The notes under the pieces were generated by a model, which did not search any database, was not told where the DNA came from, and saw nothing but the letters and a program-made list of their open reading frames with translations. DNA of 46,495 nt, taken from NCBI GenBank assembly GCA_046160245.1, contig JBJXGU010000267.1, forward strand, positions 1-46,495. Reading direction: 5' to 3'. A program made the position numbers and the translations under genes. Shown in pieces: positions 22,991-32,450 of this stretch (within the stretch, counting starts at the first letter, position 1; every line of letters starts with the position of its first letter). Origin of the DNA: Bacteroidia bacterium (GTDB taxonomy: Bacteria > Bacteroidota > Bacteroidia > AKYH767-A > OLB10).

Positions 22991-24877
22991 ATGAAACTAC
23001 CAATCAAAGATAAAAAATTCCTCTTCCTTCTATTTGCAATCGCGATAGTGGTTACATTGGAAATTCTTTCCATTGTAGGAATAGACATTCCTATGCCGTA
23101 TGCACCTTTCATTTATGCCACTTTCATTTTAATCATAGGCTATAATGTATTGTGGAATGGAGTAAAAGCAATTTTCAAACTCCAATTCAGCAACATCAAT
23201 TTGCTGATGCTTATTGCTGTTATCGGCGCCTTCTATTTAAATGAATTTCCTGAAGCAGCAGTATTGGTTGTTTTGTATGTATTAGGTGAACGCTTGGAAG
23301 ATATTGGCATCGCCAATAGTAAAACCGCTTTAGATGAGTTAGTGAGCAATGCCCCAAAGACCGCTTTTGTAAAATCACAAAATGGATATATTGCCATTGA
23401 TAAAATTACAGTAGGAACAGTCATTCATGTAAAGCCTGGTGAAATGATACCACTTGACGGCAAAATAATTTCAGGCGAAACCGCCGTAGATGAAGCTGCC
23501 ATCACAGGTGAACCCATTCCAAAAGACAAGCAAATTGGTGATAATCTTTTTGCGGGAACACTAAATAAAAATGGTTTCATTGAAATAGAAACAACCAAAC
23601 TTTCGGTTGATACCACTTTTTCAAAAATTGTTCGGCTCACATTTGAAGCACAAGCAAACAAGAGCGAAACGCAAAAATTCATTCAGCAGTTTGCAAAGTA
23701 TTATACTCCTGCAATGTTAGTTCTTTCTTTACTTCTATTTGTAGTTCCGGTTTTTATTTTGAAACTTGATTTCGATCAATGGCTGCAACAAGCTATTACA
23801 CTTTTAGTAATCGCTTGTCCTTGTGCCTTGGTCATATCTACTCCAGTGGCTATCTACGCAGCTATTGGTAACGCTTCAGCTAAAGGAGCATTGGTGAAAG
23901 GGGGTAAATATTTGGAAGCATTAGCAAACATCAAAGCAATTGCATTAGACAAAACACGAACAATCACATTTGGAAACCCTATTGTCTCAGATATTTTTCC
24001 TTTGAACGGAACAAGCCGTGAAGAACTTTTGGCCTGCACTGCAGGTGCAGAAATATTTTCCGAGCATCCGCTTGCACAAGCAATTGTAGATGCTAGCATA
24101 AAAGAAGGATTTGAACCACACAAAACCGAAGGTTTCAAAAGCATAATGGGGAAAGGAGCTACAGCAAGATGTTTGGTGTGTGAAGACGAAACAATTTATG
24201 TTGGTAAACTTGATTTTATAAAAGAGCATCAACACATAGATAAAGAAGCAGAGAAAATTGTGGAGCAACTTTCATCGCAAGGTAAAACAAGTGTAGTAGT
24301 TAGTTTCGGCGAAGGTGTAGCAGGAGTCATAGGTTTGATGGATGAAATTAAACCTGATAGTGCAGCTGCGTTAAAAGATTTGGAATCCCTCAACATTGAA
24401 CCCGTAATGCTTACAGGCGACAGTGAAAAAGCGGCAATCTATGTAGCAAAGCAAGTTGGCATTAAAAAAATATTCGGCAACATGCTCCCCGAAAACAAAG
24501 CCGAAAAAATCAAGGAACTTTTGCAGCAATATGGCATGGTTGCCATGGTAGGCGATGGAATTAATGATGCTCCAGCACTTGCACAAAGCACCGTTGGCAT
24601 TGCAATGGGTGCAGCCGGTAGTGACACCGCAATAGAAACGGCAAACATTGCATTGATGAATGATAAACTATCCCTCATTCCTTTTTTAATTCGGTTAAGT
24701 CGAAAAACTTTAATTAGAATAAAATTCAACACCATGGGTGCAATAGCAGTTAAACTTATTTTCATAATCCTTGCTTTTGCTGGTTACAGCAATTTAGTTT
24801 TCGCTATTGCTGCTGATGTGGGGGTCACATTGATTGTCATTTTAACCAGTTTGAATTTGGTTAACTACGATGAATAA
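22991..24877 (+). CDS. P1B-type heavy-metal ATPase (Zn/Cd/Pb-like), with no N-terminal HMA domain and an atypical DKTRT phosphorylation motif
   Basis: Motifs seen: TGEP (ITGEPIPK), CPC (IACPCALVISTP), SEHPLAQAI, MLTGD, GDGINDAPAL and a TM8 ADVG. The phosphorylation site reads ALDKTRTIT (R codon cga at 23957-23959) instead of DKTGT. Confidence 0.85.
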   Translation: MKLPIKDKKFLFLLFAIAIVVTLEILSIVGIDIPMPYAPFIYATFILIIGYNVLWNGVKAIFKLQFSNINLLMLIAVIGAFYLNEFPEAAVLVVLYVLGERLEDIGIANSKTALDELVSNAPKTAFVKSQNGYIAIDKITVGTVIHVKPGEMIPLDGKIISGETAVDEAAITGEPIPKDKQIGDNLFAGTLNKNGFIEIETTKLSVDTTFSKIVRLTFEAQANKSETQKFIQQFAKYYTPAMLVLSLLLFVVPVFILKLDFDQWLQQAITLLVIACPCALVISTPVAIYAAIGNASAKGALVKGGKYLEALANIKAIALDKTRTITFGNPIVSDIFPLNGTSREELLACTAGAEIFSEHPLAQAIVDASIKEGFEPHKTEGFKSIMGKGATARCLVCEDETIYVGKLDFIKEHQHIDKEAEKIVEQLSSQGKTSVVVSFGEGVAGVIGLMDEIKPDSAAALKDLESLNIEPVMLTGDSEKAAIYVAKQVGIKKIFGNMLPENKAEKIKELLQQYGMVAMVGDGINDAPALAQSTVGIAMGAAGSDTAIETANIALMNDKLSLIPFLIRLSRKTLIRIKFNTMGAIAVKLIFIILAFAGYSNLVFAIAADVGVTLIVILTSLNLVNYDE

Positions 24878-24934
24878 TGAAAGTTAAAAATCTTTTTTAA
24901 CCTATTTGCTTTTTTTAATCCGAATTAAGTTTTA

Positions 24935-26226
24935 TCTTTTGTCAGATGGAGGCATCAGTTTGCTAGGCAATTTTTAATGAGTTGCATAAGCGAATGTGGT
25001 ATATCAAGTCTTACTTCCTTCTTGATTTAGTTATCATGCGGCTCATTGAACCAGCATCTAAACGAAGAACAGTAGAATTACTGTCACATTATTTTGGAAT
25101 CACATATTCAAAACGAGTTTACCAAGATATCCCCAAATTGCTAAAACAAAATTCTTTAAATGAACAATATGCTTTTAGAGTAGCTATAGAAAAATTTAAT
25201 GAGACATTCTATTTTTTGCTCTATGATGTAACTACACTTTATTTTGAAACTTTTCAATCTGATGAATTACGAATACCAGGCTTCTCAAAAGATAATAAAT
25301 CTCAACAACCTCGAATCGTTGTATGGTTATTGGTAACTCAATCTAGCTTCCCGCTAGTCTATGAAGTTTTTCCGGGTAATACATTTGAAGGGAAAACAAT
25401 GCTGCCAGTTCTTGACAACTTTATGAATGAACATAAAGACATTAAGCCAATCGTAGCAACCTATGCTGCATTGTTGTCGGAAGAAAGATTGACAGAGCTC
25501 CCATTAAAAAACATCTCCTATATTGTCGGAGCTAGGTTGGCAACTTCCAATTTGGATTTGGTGAAACAAATTCATTCTGTTTTAGAAAACAAAAACGGAA
25601 AAATGCTCGTTTTCCCTCTTTACTTGGCGAATTAGTTTGAGAATTTTTCGACAAACGATACAAAATGGATCTATATGAATTAAATAAAATGATTAAAAAA
25701 AGAGAGGAAACAGGAGCCTAACAAACTACAAACAAAATAGTAAAATTTGCGAAAAAATATCCAAAGAAAAAGTAGAATTAAACACACCTTCCATTGAAAA
25801 CGAAAGCTTCTTTTGGCAATAAAGGGATATTGCACAGATTTTAAAGAAGCAAACTTGTCAAATGAAAATGTCATTTCGCACTATTATTATCTTTGGCGAG
25901 TAGAGCAGTCTTTTCGAATGAGTAAAAGCGATATAGAAACAAGGCATATATATCATCGAAAGGAGGAGGCAATACGATCACATTCACATGTATTAATCTG
26001 CTTCATAGCTTTAATCATTGAAAAATATTTGGAGTTGGAAACAAAATTATCATTACGCGAAATTCGATTTCTAATATGGAATATTACAGAAGCACATATA
26101 CAGGACAAATTCACAAAGAAAATCTTTACTTTTCGATCTCCAACAAATGATATTATGGAAAGCCCTCCTGCTAAATGAATTAAAACGTGGGAATTGTTAT
26201 CCTACTAAATGTCAGAACTCAGGTGA
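24935..26226 (+). mobile_element. Decayed, 5'-truncated IS1634-family insertion sequence remnant
   Basis: Two transposase ORF fragments lie at 24982-25635 (…LIEPASKRRTVELL…YDVTTLYFETF…GFSKDNKSQQP…) and 25813-26178 (…LWRVEQSFRMSKSDIETRHIYHRKEEAIRSH…). Homologous but stop-ridden sequence joins them. The N-terminal ~100 aa are missing. End coordinates are approximate (about +/-30 nt). Confidence 0.75.
24982..26178 (+). pseudogene. IS1634-family DDE transposase pseudogene (frameshifts and stops, N-terminally truncated)
   Basis: Same as above. The region 25636-25812 translates to recognisable but stop-interrupted transposase-like sequence. Confidence 0.75.
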
Positions 26227-26861
26227 TACTTTATTTGTCCAGGTTTGCCTGTAGAATCCATCGAAAATTTTTCATGGTGTACTAGTCAGGATCCACTAAT
26301 ACTAAATGCCAGAATATCCACATCGCCGTCGTTATCGATATCACTTAATGCAGGAGCATTCACACGAGAAGCGTAAATATTAGTTTGAAATCCTCCATAA
26401 TGTGTTTGAATTGAATTTGTAATTTGATTAAACAACAAACCGCCACCCATTGAGTAATCATTTCTGAAATATGAAATTCCACCGCCATAATACGAAAACA
26501 AATCCAAGTCACCATTAAAATCAATATTGAAGGTACGCACCCACCCCTCTAAACTTTCAGGAAATTTTGAACGATATTCTGGTGCATAAACATACGACGA
26601 CTCATTAGAAATACCCAAATTGATAAAAGGATTCACTCGAAAGCAAGGCGCATCAAATTCGATTAAATCCATCTTCCCATCCCCATTCAAATCCAACTCA
26701 GCAAATACAAGTGTATTTATTTCGCTTGCTCAGGGATTAACCAATCGGACACTTCCATGAAATACCGCTACGTTGGTATCTCTGAACATGTAGGGAGTTT
26801 GACCATCGGAAAGAAATGGAAAAACAGAAATTGCGATCAATAGGATAATTTTATTTTTCAT
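26227..26861 (-). pseudogene. FG-GAP/VCBS-repeat protein pseudogene, a paralog of the upstream gene, with two in-frame TGA stops and a 3' truncation at the IS remnant
   Basis: The ATG at 26861 overlaps the upstream stop (ATGA). The leader MKNKIILLIAISVFPFLS is followed by in-frame TGA at 26732-26730 and again at 26288-26286. Similarity to the 732-aa neighbour continues past both stops (FSMDSTG versus YSMDSLG) and then ends at the IS terminus. Confidence 0.75.
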
Positions 26862-29056
26862 CGTTGTACGAATAATTTTTTAGCTGAAATATTACCTTTC
26901 ATTTTAACTTGTACGATATATATTCCAGACGAAAAAGCAGCAGTACTTAGTTGCATCTGTTTTTGCAAGGTAGATGTAGTGAATAAAACTCTTCCGGAAA
27001 GATCGACGATAGAAACTTGAAATTCCTCGTTTGTAAATTCGGATTGGATATTCAACAAACAATTTTCTTTTGTCGGATTTGGACTTAAATTGAAATTCAA
27101 AGTTGAAGCGGACGGCATAGTTGAAATTCCCACTGATGTATATTGAGTATACAAACGCATTCCACCGGAATTACATCCCGTCAACAAATCAAATTTTCCA
27201 TCTCCATCAATATCTCCTTTCGCAGTCGTAATTCTTTTAAGTTCCACAATATTCTGATAAGAAGAATCCAACAATGTAAAACTTCCTGACAAATTGCCGT
27301 CAATATTTGCATATTGAAAAATAGTACCATTATCGGATCCTACCAACATTTCATAGATACCATTATTATCAAATAACAAGGGAGAGCTGTATCCTGCAAT
27401 CGCCCCGGACATAATTACATTCAAATTTCCGAAATTCGGATTGTTCGTGCTGAAAACAGGATTCACACTCGATCCTGAATTTTCAAAATAATTAAGTACA
27501 CCACTTCGTTCGCCCACCAACAAATCATTTTTACCGTCACGATTCACATCAATAATTTGCGGAGCACTATTACTACCAATATCTATTCCTTGGTATTGTG
27601 GAGACGTAAAAACAAAATTACAAGGCAAACCTACTCCAGCAGTATTCGAATAATAAATCAAGGTTCCATCTGCATTTCCCAACAATAAATCTTCATCGCC
27701 ATCTCCGTCCAAATCTCCAAAAGAAGGAAACAATCCATATTGGGTGATAGAAGATAAGTTGAGCCAATCATCGGTAACTAAGGTAAACATAGGTTGCGTT
27801 GACGTTCCAATATTTTTGAAATAAGCCAATCGCGAATAAGCTAAATTAGGATTCGGATTGTAATATGAATCATTCCCTGCTACAATATCCAATAAGCCAT
27901 CTTTATCCACATCAAAAAAGGAAACATTGGAGGAAGTTCCTACATCAATTGTTTCATCAGATAGAAAACGGGATTTAACAAAATCAAAAACATTTGTACA
28001 ATTATTCGTTGTGTTTTTATAAAACAACATATTATTAAAATCTTCGCCAACGGTTGCAAACGGACTCAAGAACATATCCTTCATTCCGTCATTGTCCAAA
28101 TCTAAATAATAGGCTCCGGGTAAATTCTGCAAATCAACCGACACATCATACACTGGAAAAGCAGAATCCTGAGAAACAATATGGGCAGAATCAGGAGTTC
28201 CTCCATTCAATAAAAACAACATGTTTGACCCTAGAATATCTCCGTTTAACAAATCTACATCTCCATCGCAATCTTGATCTAGCGGAGTAAGCACTGAACC
28301 GGAGTGACGATTTCGATTTGCTGCATTATCATCTACAATTGCCGAACGACAATTTTGATTAAGTAATCCCAGATTTGTAAGCCCGCTTAACTTAAAATAT
28401 CCCCAACAATAAGGTTGTAGTGTAAATAAAAATCCTCCACAAATTCCTAAAGAATCCATTGAATAGTTCATATGATACTCCAAATAATTACTGGAATTTG
28501 CAAAAGTAATTATGTCCATATCTCCATCTCCATCGACATCATGCAACGCGGGCAAATTCACTTGAGTTACAAAAATAAATGTGAAAAAAGTTCCATACCA
28601 AGAACTCAATTGTGAATTCACCATTGTGAATTGCAAACCTGTTGCTGTCGTATAATCATTTCTCCAAACGCCCATTGCAGAATTGGTATAAGTAAACAAA
28701 TCCATGTCGCCGTCGCAATCATAATCGTATGAACGCACCCAATCATTCATAACGGGAAATTTGCTGATGTATTCCGGATGATAACTATAAGCAGAAGTAC
28801 TTCCGCTGCCATCATTCAAAAAAGTGGAAATTCTATTTCCAATACGATCAAAAATCATCAAATCCATTAATGTATCGCCGTTCATCTCGATGTCAACGGG
28901 CATCGTAGAGTTAAATCCACCTGTCCATGGAAAATCTAATGTGTCATTATTGTTTACAATTACCTTTGGTCGCTGATCCAAATACAACAATTGAGTTTGA
29001 GAATTTGCATGATCAATGAATCCTAAAACACCTAGGAGAATAAGAAGTATACGCAT
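26858..29056 (-). CDS. FG-GAP/VCBS-repeat protein with a T9SS type A C-terminal sorting domain
   Basis: 732 aa with a signal peptide and many DxDGDGDxD-type repeats (DVDGDGDMDIITF, GDLDGDGDEDLLLGN, IDGDGKFDLLTG). The C-terminal domain reads ...LSPNPTKENCLLNI...GIYIVQVKMKGNISAKKLFVQR. Confidence 0.88.
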   Translation of the reverse strand: MRILLILLGVLGFIDHANSQTQLLYLDQRPKVIVNNNDTLDFPWTGGFNSTMPVDIEMNGDTLMDLMIFDRIGNRISTFLNDGSGSTSAYSYHPEYISKFPVMNDWVRSYDYDCDGDMDLFTYTNSAMGVWRNDYTTATGLQFTMVNSQLSSWYGTFFTFIFVTQVNLPALHDVDGDGDMDIITFANSSNYLEYHMNYSMDSLGICGGFLFTLQPYCWGYFKLSGLTNLGLLNQNCRSAIVDDNAANRNRHSGSVLTPLDQDCDGDVDLLNGDILGSNMLFLLNGGTPDSAHIVSQDSAFPVYDVSVDLQNLPGAYYLDLDNDGMKDMFLSPFATVGEDFNNMLFYKNTTNNCTNVFDFVKSRFLSDETIDVGTSSNVSFFDVDKDGLLDIVAGNDSYYNPNPNLAYSRLAYFKNIGTSTQPMFTLVTDDWLNLSSITQYGLFPSFGDLDGDGDEDLLLGNADGTLIYYSNTAGVGLPCNFVFTSPQYQGIDIGSNSAPQIIDVNRDGKNDLLVGERSGVLNYFENSGSSVNPVFSTNNPNFGNLNVIMSGAIAGYSSPLLFDNNGIYEMLVGSDNGTIFQYANIDGNLSGSFTLLDSSYQNIVELKRITTAKGDIDGDGKFDLLTGCNSGGMRLYTQYTSVGISTMPSASTLNFNLSPNPTKENCLLNIQSEFTNEEFQVSIVDLSGRVLFTTSTLQKQMQLSTAAFSSGIYIVQVKMKGNISAKKLFVQR

Positions 29057-29621
29057 TGCAGTGGATTGAGTGTCTCAAAGATACACATATTCGGAAGTAT
29101 AATAGTTCATTCTTGAACTGATTTTTATATATATTTATACAAATCAGCCCCTATTATTGAGATAATCTCCAAACTTCTCGATATTCCTGAATTCTGACAT
29201 TTGCTCTAACCAAGAAATTTTAAATTTTTAAGTTATTGAATATCTAAGTCACAAATTTTTTTTCGAAAAATTTACCGCGCTAATGGCTATTTTGTAGGAT
29301 GTTTTCCATCAAAAGTAAACGAACAGCTTCTGGCTCTATTGCTATTCATGTGGTGGTTTATCAAGTTCACAAGTCAAAAATAATAACTATTATAAATATT
29401 AAGTAGTTCATATTAGTGAATTAAAAACATATTGAAAAGAGCATGTTTTTTTAATACTTTCTGTTGAAATGAATTTTGTGATTTGTGTAATAAACACACT
29501 CGCATCGTCCAATGTTTTATGTAACACCAATTATATATGTCCAGTATCCAGCATCTAACACCCACAATCAAAAAAATGTACTACAATTAACTTCTAAAAC
29601 GAAACCGTTGCGAGAACAAAA

Positions 29622-30467
29622 TTACTGCAGCTTCACTTCAGTTACCTGAATAACTTCTTTAGTTACGGTATTTGTTAAAATGGCAACTAAATAAACATGA
29701 TTGACGTCCACATCAGAAGGAATCAGCGCCGTCGAATAATTTTTTATGATTTCATCACCAGTAGAAATTACTCCTAAATCTTCACCTAACATTCCATTGA
29801 ATGATCCGCGTAATACGTGATTGTGAACATAGGTAGAGTCATTAATGCTTCCATCTTTTTGCCATTTTATTATACTGTCTTCCGAAAAATAAACCGCAAG
29901 GTGGGCGCCATCGATTAAGTCACTAACTGCTTTTACTTTCACTTCAGCGGTCATGGTATTGGTACCGCTATTGTATCCAGGAGTGATTTCTAATCCCGCT
30001 TTTGCAGCTGTATTAATCCACTGATCGATTTTACTTTCCCATCCTGCCCAATCCAGAACTAATTGATTGCTTGTACCTGGATTTAACATGCGTTGCACCA
30101 TTCCTTTTGGGAAAGGTTGACCAATAATATTGAAGTCAGTTGCAATTTGAGTAGAAACAGCATTTCTAAAATCATAGGTAAAGAAAGGAGCATTGGGAGG
30201 ATAAGGAGCTGCCCAAAAATCGGCGTGTACTGCCAACACCACTAATCGCTCATCATAAATATCACGCAAGCGCTTTCCTTCTCTATGTGCATTTGGACAA
30301 GCTTGACAGGTATGACCCGTGAAGTCTTCTACTAAAACTTTTTGTACGATGGTGTCTCCGCCAATAGGTCCACCTGTATTTGTAACACCGTAAGGTCCTT
30401 CTATTTTATCACAAGCTGTTAGAATCGTGATGACAAAAAGAAGTAGTGCGAATTGTATTTTTTTCAT
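29622..30467 (-). CDS. Omp28-related thioredoxin-fold lipoprotein with a CxxC motif
   Basis: Lipobox ILTACDK, followed by VLVEDFTGHTCQACPNAH, which matches the Omp28-related family pattern (EEFTG..C..CP). Confidence 0.7.
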   Translation of the reverse strand: MKKIQFALLLFVITILTACDKIEGPYGVTNTGGPIGGDTIVQKVLVEDFTGHTCQACPNAHREGKRLRDIYDERLVVLAVHADFWAAPYPPNAPFFTYDFRNAVSTQIATDFNIIGQPFPKGMVQRMLNPGTSNQLVLDWAGWESKIDQWINTAAKAGLEITPGYNSGTNTMTAEVKVKAVSDLIDGAHLAVYFSEDSIIKWQKDGSINDSTYVHNHVLRGSFNGMLGEDLGVISTGDEIIKNYSTALIPSDVDVNHVYLVAILTNTVTKEVIQVTEVKLQ

Positions 30468-30517
30468 GTTGATATGCTGTTAACTCAAAGGTAAGGATAA
30501 TTTTTTGGGATATGCAA

Positions 30518-32188
30518 TTAGAATCTACTGGAAACAGTAAGGGATAGTCCGTTGCTCGCAGGAACAAATCGACACACACCACCTACACAAAGGAGTCCCG
30601 CGCGTTGACGTGCCCATGACAGACTAATTCGTGTTCCATCTTTTACATAATTGATGCTTCCATTGTAATAGTGAAACTGCTTTTTAGGGTCTTTATTGCC
30701 ATAATTCCATTCGTCGGAAGCGGAGAGAGTGAAGTTTGAGTTGATATTTAATTCAACCATCATCATCGCCCAGTTCCCTCGATCTTGTTTTGTATATAAA
30801 TGTTCTACATCGATATGAAGACTTTTTGTAGATGATATTTTATAGGTGTATTCCATTACCCCTAAATGAGAGGTAACCTGTCTTTCGTTTACTTTTCCTT
30901 CAATTTTTTCGCGGTCATAAATTTGATAGAGGTAGCTTACAATAACTTTACTTTTCTTGGATATTTTTTTAGTCACTTCAAAAGTTACTTCCTGATAATA
31001 ACGATCATCGCCTACTGAGAAAAACTCAGAAGTATATCCTAAGGTATCATCTAAATTTTTACGATCTATATCGCTCACCGCGGCATAGTTCATCATGAGG
31101 GTAGTTCCGTATTCTCCCCCCAGCGCCGACTTCGGTTTGAAGTTGTAGTAGATCTCAGAAGATCCACCCATCTCACCCAACGACTGTGTTGCAAAGGGAT
31201 ACAGCGTCGCTAATCGATACGTTTGTTGACGATTAACCGCTGGTAAATAATTTATCTGTAATCGTGTTCCTGTCACACTACGGTCGCTGCGGTAATCCAT
31301 ATTGGAAACGCGCTTTCCACTTAAACGAATTCCTAACCCTTTTTGCGTGTAAGTTAGATTTGTGAATAAAGCTTCACCTGTATTGTAGGTAAATAAATTG
31401 GCCTGAGATGGATCATTAATTTTGTAAGCATATTCAGCATCAAAGGCAAGCTTTCCATAACGTAAATTGATTCTTCCTGCATAAGCACCTACATTTTCGG
31501 GTAGAATTAAAGAGGGCTTATCGTCTTTTTGATACTTACTTACGAAACTACCGCCTATGCCTATACGAAGTTTTGAATTCGCAAATTGTTCAAGGGCATC
31601 GTTAATCTGAATTTCCCCATCAATACCTCTCACCACATTTTCAGGATAGGTGAAGAAATCTCTTTGTCGACCAATTACTCCTTTAAAAGTAATTCCATTT
31701 CTTGGACGTAATACTACTTTCAATCCATCTAAAGAATTATCTAATCCCAGATTAGGTTCCCAATAAGTTCGAAAAACCAATCCACTTCCAAACTGCTCGT
31801 AAAAATTTCCTGCAGTTACAGTGATGAAATCATTTGAATAACTCACATAGCGATTCGTAATTCCATTTCCTTTATAGCTTGGATCAAAACCCAAGAGTGT
31901 ATTCAAATAACTCTCGTATCGAATTCCTGCTGATAGATTCCCGTTGTTGTAATTTAAAACCATAAAACCGTTGTTGAGATATTTCTCACGAACTTCAGGA
32001 GCATCAATAGCAGAGTCTGCTTGATAATACTGTCCGTTGGCTTCAAAGTAGCCCGAAAAATTACTTGGAGCAAGTCCCTGTTGCGATTGTGCTTGATAAC
32101 TGATGAAGAGGAAGATTGCAGTTCCGATTACCTTGCGGATGGACAGTATTGACATTGATTTCATATTGGAGGAGCTAAAATAGGCCAA
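30518..32188 (-). CDS. Putative outer-membrane beta-barrel protein (DUF6029-like)
   Basis: 556-aa ORF whose likely start is the internal MKSMSILS... at 32164. It has a signal-like leader ending QAQSQQ, alternating beta-strand periodicity throughout, and a terminal ...LTVSSRF. The family name is from memory only. Confidence 0.65.
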   Translation of the reverse strand: MAYFSSSNMKSMSILSIRKVIGTAIFLFISYQAQSQQGLAPSNFSGYFEANGQYYQADSAIDAPEVREKYLNNGFMVLNYNNGNLSAGIRYESYLNTLLGFDPSYKGNGITNRYVSYSNDFITVTAGNFYEQFGSGLVFRTYWEPNLGLDNSLDGLKVVLRPRNGITFKGVIGRQRDFFTYPENVVRGIDGEIQINDALEQFANSKLRIGIGGSFVSKYQKDDKPSLILPENVGAYAGRINLRYGKLAFDAEYAYKINDPSQANLFTYNTGEALFTNLTYTQKGLGIRLSGKRVSNMDYRSDRSVTGTRLQINYLPAVNRQQTYRLATLYPFATQSLGEMGGSSEIYYNFKPKSALGGEYGTTLMMNYAAVSDIDRKNLDDTLGYTSEFFSVGDDRYYQEVTFEVTKKISKKSKVIVSYLYQIYDREKIEGKVNERQVTSHLGVMEYTYKISSTKSLHIDVEHLYTKQDRGNWAMMMVELNINSNFTLSASDEWNYGNKDPKKQFHYYNGSINYVKDGTRISLSWARQRAGLLCVGGVCRFVPASNGLSLTVSSRF

Positions 32189-32403
32189 ATATCTTTATCC
32201 CAAATTATGCAATAGGATAATTTGCCCTTTTGGCTGACGAATCCGAAGTTTTTGTCAGGGATAATCCTGATGTGTAATCGCTTTTTGCGATTTCTACATT
32301 AATAATCCAATAGATTTCTTCTATTGCATTATATGGGTTATTGACAATTTATATATGAGTTTAATGGATTTTTTGGGGTAGAGTCAACCACTAAAATTAG
32401 TCA

Positions 32404-32430
32404 TAAAAAAAAGGGAGCTTTAGGCCCCCT
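32404..32430 (-). terminator. Rho-independent terminator after the TlpA-like gene
   Basis: The minus strand reads agggggcctaaagctccct followed by tttttttt, about 20 nt after the stop codon. Confidence 0.65.
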
Positions 32431-32450
32431 TATACAATGTAAATACTTTA

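Noticed and set aside
26730-26732. The in-frame TGA in the FG-GAP paralog as a possible selenocysteine codon.
   Set aside because: The context (LVNP-TGA-ASE in a leader-proximal region) is not a redox motif. A second in-frame TGA follows at 26286-26288 and the gene is truncated by the IS, so pseudogenisation is the simpler explanation.
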